The notes under the pieces: model-generated | Seen by the model: the letters and a program-made list of their open reading frames with translations, nothing else | What the model was told of the DNA's origin: nothing | Databases searched by the model: none | Part shown: piece after piece, positions 8,687 to 16,019 of the stretch | Layout of the letters: every line of letters begins with the position of its first letter | Position numbering within the stretch: the stretch's first letter is position 1 | Assembly: GCA_001179505.1 (NCBI GenBank) | Contig: CDMY01000843.1 | Coordinates: 1-16,019 of the forward strand | Length of the DNA: 16,019 nt | Direction of reading: 5' to 3' | DNA from: Vitrella brassicaformis CCMP3155 | Taxonomy: Eukaryota; Protista; Chromerida | Program-made: the position numbers and the translations under genes

Positions 8687-9777
8687 CCATACTTAGTATG
8701 TAGACACAATTAGTATAGGGATGGAGGGGCGAGTGGGGAGGGTAATGTGCGTCGAGTGGGGAGGGATGTCCAGACAACAGATTCGACGTGTTTGAGTCGC
8801 GCCGCAGCGATTTGCCATGAGTGAGCATTCACTCAGTCACTCGTCAAGTGACCGTCATGACACGGCAAGGAGGGATCCCCAGACTCATGCCAATGCAGCA
8901 ACCAAAGCACGTTTCTCTCCATTCATCCTTTACCTTGGCCACTGCTGGATCCGCGCCGAATGGAACATCGCTCCAGCGCCCTTCTCCATCGATACGAATT
9001 TCGCAAGCCCCACGCATACCAGGGCTTCATTCGCACTTGCAATGAGAAAAAGTCTCCAGCACACCGATCGGCAAATCCTGCGAGCTTAGAAGTGCGAAGG
9101 AGGAGCACAGCGGCGCAGGACGCACAGATCAGCCGGAGAGAGGCGCGCAGGAAGGCCACACACGCAGCCAGGAAGGAGCAGCCAGAAGCGTCAAATGAGC
9201 AAAATTTCTCTGTCTGTCTGTCTGTGTCTGTGCAGACAGCATGTTGGGCGTGCTGGTCGAAGACAAGACAACCACAGACTACTGCTCTGGATGTCTGCGA
9301 CAGTTCTACATGGCCATACATGACATCGACAGCGCCGACGTGCAGCGCCTCTGGCAGCAGGACCGGGACCAGGCCATCAAGACAAGATGGTCCCAGCGCT
9401 GCCTATGGGAGAGGGCGATGTGACTGGAGATGTCAAGAACGAGGTCAACTTCGCTCGGCACTGGGTCACAGACAGAGGATCTCGTCGGCTAGAGGGGTGA
9501 GGTGGCTCACGCCATCCAGCTGATGGGATGGCGCACATCGTGTCGTCGCGTTGCTGGTGATTTTGTACCGCTACATCATCTACGAGATCCCTGTCCCCGC
9601 CCCAGTCAAGACCTTCTACAAGCAGGGCCTCCTCATCGAGATCCGACCATTCCAGAGCAAGGCCGAGGCAGAGCTCTTCAACAAAGGTCAGAGGGGGGAC
9701 CACCTTGACCGCAGAGTGCTCCCGGTTCATTCCTTCACTCATCGCCCACCACATACAGACGACCCAGGGTCAAACCG

Positions 9778-10077
9778 NNNNNNNNNNNNNNNNNNNNNNN
9801 NNNNNNNNNNNNNNNNNNNNNNNNNNNNNNNNNNNNNNNNNNNNNNNNNNNNNNNNNNNNNNNNNNNNNNNNNNNNNNNNNNNNNNNNNNNNNNNNNNNN
9901 NNNNNNNNNNNNNNNNNNNNNNNNNNNNNNNNNNNNNNNNNNNNNNNNNNNNNNNNNNNNNNNNNNNNNNNNNNNNNNNNNNNNNNNNNNNNNNNNNNNN
10001 NNNNNNNNNNNNNNNNNNNNNNNNNNNNNNNNNNNNNNNNNNNNNNNNNNNNNNNNNNNNNNNNNNNNNNNNNNNNN
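9778..10077. other. Scaffold gap (300 N)
   Basis: Run of N. Confidence 1.
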
Positions 10078-10448
10078 CTGCAGGGCGGTCCTGTGCATCT
10101 TCTTCTCGGCTGCGTACAACCGACCTGAACGACGGACACAACAAGCGACAATGCAATGGACAGATGGCCTGAGGTGTGGTGGTGTTCGCCTCTCTGATGC
10201 CGCAGCGTTCTCCCGGTTCATTCCTTCACTCATCGCCCACCACATACAGACCCCCCTCGGTTTGACCCTGGGTCGTCTGTATGTGGTGGGCGATGAGTGA
10301 AGGAATGAACCGGGAGAACGCTGCGGCATCAGAGAGGCGAACACCACCACACCTCAGGCCATCTGTCCATTGCATTGTCGCTTGTTGTGTCCGTCGTTCA
10401 GGTCGGTTGTACGCAGCCGAGAAGAAGATGCACAGGACCGCCCTGCAG
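10078..10448. repeat. 174-bp perfect inverted duplication abutting the gap (probably an assembly artefact)
   Basis: 10078-10251 is the reverse complement of 10275-10448, and 9719-9777 is the reverse complement of 10258-10316. Confidence 0.9.
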
Positions 10449-10836
10449 CAGAAGTCTCTGTGGAAGAAGCAGCTCAGCTCACCCGGATTCTGACAGTAGG
10501 CGGGAAGAAAGGAGGGGTGGACAACGACACACCCCCAGCGACAAGAACGAAGGTAGGTGTCTTCCACCATTGCTTCGCTGGCGGAGGAGGTCAAGGCTGA
10601 GAGGGAGGGGATGCACTCACACAAACTCACACATCCGTACATGGATGTGTGTGTGCCTTGTTCTTGAGTGCAGGCAAGAGCCCCGACGACCGTCAATGTC
10701 ACGACGTGCACCAGTGGCCGTGTTGTTTACTCATGGGCGCAAGTACGTATCCGCTCGAGAAACATACAGGGCAACTCAGAAACAGGAAGACGAAGTCCTC
10801 ATTGTAAGTAAGGCACGACACACGACACGCGCAGAG

Positions 10837-10899
10837 CAAAATGATCATTCGTCTGCCAAAATGGACCGACTGGCAAAATGGACCGATCATTCGTCTGCC
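10837..10899 (+). repeat. Interleaved short direct repeats
   Basis: GATCATTCGTCTGCC at 10843 and 10885; CAAAATGGACCGA at 10857 and 10874. Confidence 0.85.
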
Positions 10900-12200
10900 T
10901 GTGTGTTTGGTTTCAGAAAGATCGGTATCTCTTCCCCGTGTGCATCGAGCGGTCACACACTCGCCAAGTTTGTCGATCCTTCCTCATGAGCAATCTTCCC
11001 GTGGTCAGCGACACACGGCATCTGACTCTACTCCAAAAGATGAGCAGGGCGTCAGGGAAGACCAGGCAGTCAGCGATACGCCTGTTGATGTCTGCTCATC
11101 GAGTGTGTGTGTATGTGTGTGTGTTGCCTTTGCTGATAGGAAGACCGGCATGGTTCGGACACGTGTTGCCCTTCTAGCAGGTGCGAGGCGTCCTGGCCAG
11201 ATCGAACCGCAAGTCCCTCGAGGCGACAATGAACAACACGCCGCCGGGCAAGACCAAGGGGTGCGCCGTGTACGTCGGGAAGTGTGTGGATGGCCGTTTG
11301 CGGATGGATCTTCTGTGTATCTGTTGTGTGTCAGATATTGTCTTGTTGCGATCGTGTGTATTGGTGTCATGGTAGCGTGTCCGCCATCGAGAAGGATTTC
11401 TCCTTAGCAACACCTACGTCACCCTCCATCGCAAACTCACCAACCTCATCCTCGAGAACCAAGTCGGCCAACCGAAACAGACAACCATGGCCCTCCCTTC
11501 ATTCTGTCGCTGCTTTGATATCTCTTGCTCTCTGCAGCTTCTTCACCTCTTCAACCTGGAGGAAGACCACCCCAGTAGCCTCTTGCAGCAGGAGGGCGTG
11601 GAGGCGAGGCCGCGCATGTCAAGAGCCTCCCTCCGAGTCAGTGCTGCTGAAGAAAGGGGGCCTCGAGGCCAAGGCGCCGAAACGCAATGCGGTGAGGAAG
11701 GAGCACAGGGAGAGGTGGGTGCACGGCGTAGATGGATGCGTGCATGTGTGTGTGCGCAGGGATTTGTGTGTCAGTCAGGTGAGCGTTTCTGGCCGGCCTT
11801 TCGTCGCTCAAGCAGTCGGCCATTTGGCCATTCATGCTGCAGTACGACGGTGGGCAGGTGGACGAGGAGATTGACGACACGGGTGCGCAGCCAAGCCGCG
11901 CCCAGCGGAAGGGCAACACAAATCCCAGGGGCAAGGGCGGCACTACCAAGGGGAAAGGCAGGGGTGCGGCAGCGACAGCGGCATCATGCGGAGGAGCAGC
12001 AGCAGGGAAGAGTGATGACAACGTGGATATCGAAGCTGAGGATAAGTGATATGAGTGAGATGGTGTGGCGAGAAATGGGTGTAGGTAGTGTGTGAGGCCC
12101 CTCCTGACTGACTCATCGCATTCATGTTCCTTGCGTGAATGCATTGTGTATACGTCAGTCATCCGCTGATGAGTTCGATCGTCAGTTGACTGGCATGCAA

Positions 12201-12249
12201 GAGTCCGTTTCAAGATGAGAAAAAGTCCGATTGCCAAGAAAGCGAATTA
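12201..12249 (+). repeat. 49-bp dispersed motif, copy B
   Basis: GAGTCCGTTTC-AAG-ATGAGAAAAAGTCCGATTGCC-AAGAAAG-CGAATTA; 36/49 ungapped identity to copy C by manual count. Confidence 0.75.
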
Positions 12250-12339
12250 GGTGCATGCGTATGCAATGACAAAGGTATACGTCTCTTGCCTTGCGGCCCT
12301 TGCCTGCCCCTTCCTGACACACCCATATACCCACCGACC

Positions 12340-13215
12340 CACCTGCCTCAGTTGTCGTCCATCTGGTAGGGGTCCTGCTCGTTAAAGAGCATTCTGCCGA
12401 TGCGCCGCCCCAGCACGCGGCGGGCGAGTGCAGCGGTCCGCGGGAAGCGGTCCTTGAAAGGAGCATTGACTCCTCTGCAGGCTCCTCACTCGCCACAACC
12501 GACACATGCACTGCACACATACACACACAGTGGGTGGGAGGCATTTGTGCATACAGATACATACGAATACGTATGTGAATACTGTTCACGACGTATTCAT
12601 CTCCTCATTGAAGCAAAGGCACAGCAGCGGAAAAGTGCATATTTGGAACACCACTTTCAACTTGCGACCGCACATATGCAGAGAGGAAGGGAAAGACAGG
12701 AGACGCCAGCACACACGTGTGTACATCATGATGTGCATACGTCACAACCAACCATCACCACACATACGGGAGGGCAAGAGGGAGGAGGGAGGGAGGGAGG
12801 GAGGGAGAACGCCAGCACACGTACGCACAAACAGCAAAGCTGCATGCGTGAACAAAGGCAGGCAGGTTGACGGGACTGATCCGCACGACGCGCGGGTCCA
12901 TATTCTTCTCGGTGGTTGGTGTGCACGTGCTGCTGCATCGCCTTGGATAGCCATGGCTTTATTCGTCTTTATTTGTCCACTAATCTTTATTGTGATCAGG
13001 CGCAAAACCCACTCCTTGCATATACTCCGGGCCCATTTGAGGTGTGTATACGGGAGGTGTAAACGGGCTGTCTTCCCGGCGGGAAGACAGCGCGTCCATA
13101 CGTTGCCTGTACAAAGTCTATATGGGCTGTTTTCATGGTGCGATACATATGAAAGTGAGTCAAAGAGACGTGAATGAATGAGTAGCGAAGCAGCGACGTG
13201 AAACTGGCCATTCAT
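12340..13215 (-). pseudogene. Possible decayed minus-strand gene fragments
   Basis: Protein-like reads (APFKDRFPRTAALARRVLGRRIGRMLFNEQDPYQMDDN; LKVVFQICTFPLLCLCFNEEM) lie between (CA)n-rich intron-like tracts. They contain stops, and no consistent splice model was found. Confidence 0.25.
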
Positions 13216-13292
13216 TGACTCACTCAGTGCAAATATGGTGTTTGACTGATGATTGACTCACTCAGGGTCTCCATGAGGGCAAGCAATCCTCA

Positions 13293-13341
13293 AAGTCCGT
13301 TTTTGACTGAGAAAAAGTCCGTTTCAGAAGATTGCGAATTG
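13293..13341 (+). repeat. 49-bp dispersed motif, copy C
   Basis: AAGTCCGTTTT-TGA-CTGAGAAAAAGTCCGTTTCAG-AAGATTG-CGAATTG. Confidence 0.85.
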
Positions 13342-13670
13342 GACGACAAGGCCTATGCTTCCGCTCTTCTTATCGAAGTTTGCCAGTTGGTGTCGCCGAC
13401 AGGTGTGGCGGTGGCATTTGCGCTTCCATCTAGCTGCAGCCGCTCGGTCCGACGGCGACACGTCTCATGGCGGGTCTCCATGGGACGATGCCTTCGAACG
13501 GATGCATCTCGGTGAGACCATATCGGTGTTGGGGGGAATGAGTGTGCTCTGTGGCGATGATTCAATTCATGGCAAGCTCCCCTCGTTCTCACTTTATGGC
13601 AGACAACTCACTGACGTTTGATTCTGTCAAGGCGCATCGGGGGATGATTCGCTCTATAGTAAGTATCGCT

Positions 13671-13768
13671 TAAAGCAATCACCGTATAAACCAATCATGT
13701 CTGTAAAGCAATCACCCCGCCCCGATCACTCTGTACATAGTCAAAATGAACCGCATAAACCAATCCCC
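13671..13768 (+). promoter_or_regulatory. Cluster of TAAA(G/C)CAATC motifs
   Basis: Copies at 13671, 13687, 13704 and 13756, plus another at 15756. Function unknown (CCAAT-like box or subterminal repeat). Confidence 0.4.
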
Positions 13769-14136
13769 TCCCAAAGATACTCAAATCAGCCATTCGGGCC
13801 GACCACTCGTGGCTCAAAATGACCGCCAGAAAATGAAGCACCCCTCTGTGAAAGAGCGGACCGATGAAAGAGTGAACCAACGGAGAAATACAGACATTTT
13901 AATGGTCATCCACCGAGATGAACCATTCTCGATGGTGATTTCCGACGAGAGACGGGTTTTGCTTCGAGAGCTTGAATCACAATGTAAACGGAAGAGCATT
14001 CTGTCGCTCGCGCTGCAATGACGGCGCCACGGTGACAATCAACCGAGTCAATTGAGTCATTCGATGCATCCGATGACATTTACCCAGCCGCACACACGTT
14101 TGAGCGACAAGGAGTGACCAGCAAGCTTCTTTCCCA

Positions 14137-14436
14137 NNNNNNNNNNNNNNNNNNNNNNNNNNNNNNNNNNNNNNNNNNNNNNNNNNNNNNNNNNNNNNNN
14201 NNNNNNNNNNNNNNNNNNNNNNNNNNNNNNNNNNNNNNNNNNNNNNNNNNNNNNNNNNNNNNNNNNNNNNNNNNNNNNNNNNNNNNNNNNNNNNNNNNNN
14301 NNNNNNNNNNNNNNNNNNNNNNNNNNNNNNNNNNNNNNNNNNNNNNNNNNNNNNNNNNNNNNNNNNNNNNNNNNNNNNNNNNNNNNNNNNNNNNNNNNNN
14401 NNNNNNNNNNNNNNNNNNNNNNNNNNNNNNNNNNNN
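14137..14436. other. Scaffold gap (300 N)
   Basis: Run of N. Confidence 1.
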
Positions 14437-15370
14437 CCCCCCCGCCACATCGCAGCGCACCATGGTTCGCCAACCGTACCAAGATCCTCCAGCCGAGACG
14501 CTCGATCGAACACGCCACCGACGGAGCTAACGGCTCAGATGACGATGATGCAGCAGCCATGGCAGCAGCGGCACACCAGCCAGCGCCGCAGCCGAAGAGC
14601 AAACCCAAAAGGGCAGACCGAAAGGCAAGGCCAAGGGCAAGGCCAGCACCCAACTGGAGGCTTATGGAGCTCGCCAACCATCCAAGGACCCTCGCCATGG
14701 GCGGGCTGGAGGCAGTGGCGGCCGCCAACAGGGCTGCGAGAGGGAATGGATGGCAGAAGAGGCCGGCATGATGGAGGGCGGGGGCGGCATGATGGAGGAC
14801 TCGGGGGATGAGCTAGAGGAGGATCGCACCGTCGATGACGAGGAAAGCATAGAGGTACACACAACAGGAGAACACAATCACACTCATGGAAACAGTGGAT
14901 GGGCTTTTCTCTCATATAGGCCTGCTCACTTCATGGTGTTCCGTTGGGCGAGAAGCTCAATTTGAGTGCCCTTATCTCTGACTTGGACCTCTCCATGCTG
15001 CCGGCCGCAGGTGGTGTGGGCCAGGAGCGAGGTCTGCAGACCCGACTGGTGATGAGCGAATCAGCGGCCATCGCATTCGGCAAGAGTGGGGAGATGCCCA
15101 AGGAGCCGACTGCCGACAGTGAAGTCGAGGAGGCCGACACCAATGCCGCTGTTGATAAGGGTAGGTGGGAGCAGCACGAGCACCAGATACCAGCACACGC
15201 CACGTTTGCTCGTGCTGCTCGTTCCAGTTGTTGTTGGTGATGCGCAGGCCGCCATGAGGGGGATGGCGGCCGTCGAGCGCTACGTGAGTGCCCACTGTTC
15301 GTTGCGGCTTCAGGACAGAAGCACAACAGAAGGGACACCTCAAGCGTGGCCCGTGACTGAGTTTGAGTGA
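14437..15370 (+). pseudogene. 3' part of a low-complexity hypothetical gene (acidic and Lys/Arg/Ala-rich), frameshifted
   Basis: Phase-consistent GT-AG introns at 14855-14919 and 15161-15227 join ...DDEESIE / ACSLHGVPLGEKL...AVDK / VVVGDAQAAM...EFE*. The first exon needs a frameshift near 14750. The 5' end lies in the gap. Confidence 0.5.
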
Positions 15371-15398
15371 GTGAGTGAGTCGTGCTGCCGTACCTCAT

Positions 15399-15602
15399 CT
15401 AGGCAGATCTGTCGTTCATGGCTCTGCATCGTTGGTGCATGACTCTGTCCATCCACACATCTACTTTTTCGGTGAGATCGGCGCTAGTTTCCCTCACAGG
15501 AAGGCCACCATCTGCCGCTGACATCCTCAAAAGTGACTGAAAGGCTCCGAAATCACGCTCACGAGCGATCGGCAACCTTTTCCGTAAATCCATATCATCC
15601 AT
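15399..15602 (-). CDS. Short ORF of protein-like composition, unassigned
   Basis: MDDMDLRKRLPIARERDFGAFQSLLRMS...; no recognisable motif or splice support. Confidence 0.15.
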   Translation of the reverse strand: MDDMDLRKRLPIARERDFGAFQSLLRMSAADGGLPVRETSADLTEKVDVWMDRVMHQRCRAMNDRSA

Positions 15603-16019
15603 CGTTTTTCGTCGTTTCGGAGTCGTTTGAGCGAAGAAAAAAGAGTCAATGCGATAGAGGGTGGCTCTGGTGAGTCATTCATGGCGAGAAACCCCGCAGA
15701 AAACAAGCAGCAGATAAGCAATCATTGCCTTGTTCGCATATACCCATCAAATCCATAAAGCAATCACCCCTGTATTGTATTCGTCCTTCAGGCCCGCAGT
15801 GCAGTGAGGACCTGTTGAGCGGACGAGTCCGCTTGTCCACCGCTCAGCCGCCTCTCGCGAGATCTATTAGCGGCCTTATCCATCGCGCCACGTAGCGGCT
15901 TCTCGTCCGACGGTGAGTGGGAAGATGCGGCCCATGATTGAGTTGGTGATTTCTCGGCTGTTTCTCCTCCTTTTCGGATGAGCGAGCGTGTATCGGACTA
16001 CACCCAACCCCCTCCACCT

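Larger units (their letters stand above)
8817..12049 (+). pseudogene. Decayed multi-exon hypothetical gene with a possible ParB/Srx-like segment, interrupted by an assembly gap
   Basis: Protein-like blocks: SMLGVLVEDK..RQFYMAIHD (9238-9410), PMGEGDVT..HWVTDRGSRRLEG, VILYRYIIYEIP..EAELFNK (9557-9686), VRGVLARSNRK (11181-), FLLSNTYVTLHRKLTNLILENQ/LLHLFNLEEDH (intron 11463-11537) and AFLAGLSSLKQSAIWPFMLQYD..EDK* (to 12049). Several frameshifts and stops are required. It may be more than one gene. Confidence 0.5.

Noticed and set aside
1596-12049. Alternative nuclear genetic code (UGA = Trp)
   Set aside because: Trp is routinely TGG in these genes, TGA is the apparent true terminator at 4722-4724 and 12047-12049, and frameshifts show the genes are simply decaying.
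1-16019. Most other six-frame ORFs in the track
   Set aside because: They are antisense or alternate-frame shadows of GC-rich exons, run through introns or N gaps, or are microsatellite-derived.

Overview
Eukaryotic, GC-rich genomic window with short (about 50-100 nt) spliceosomal introns, (TG)n/(TCAT)n/(GATT)n microsatellites and two 300-N scaffold gaps. The style suggests a chromerid/alveolate such as Vitrella (inference only). The best-supported feature is a 10-exon, roughly 858-codon RNase H-fold DDD transposase gene of Sola-like/DUF7869 type (1596-4724, +). It has one in-frame TGA, one required GC-AG intron and a BAH/SH3-like C-terminal module. It sits head-to-head with a 3-exon unknown gene (579-1468, -) that carries a ParB/Srx-like motif. 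An array of DNA hairpins lies to the left. To the right is a strongly base-paired ~340-nt segment that overlaps tRNA-spaced Pol III A/B boxes (candidate ncRNA or SINE head). The right two-thirds holds several decayed multi-exon genes. One appears by eye to be a remote paralogue of the accessory gene and is flanked by an inverted 49-bp motif. All alignments and folds were done by eye; no searches were run.
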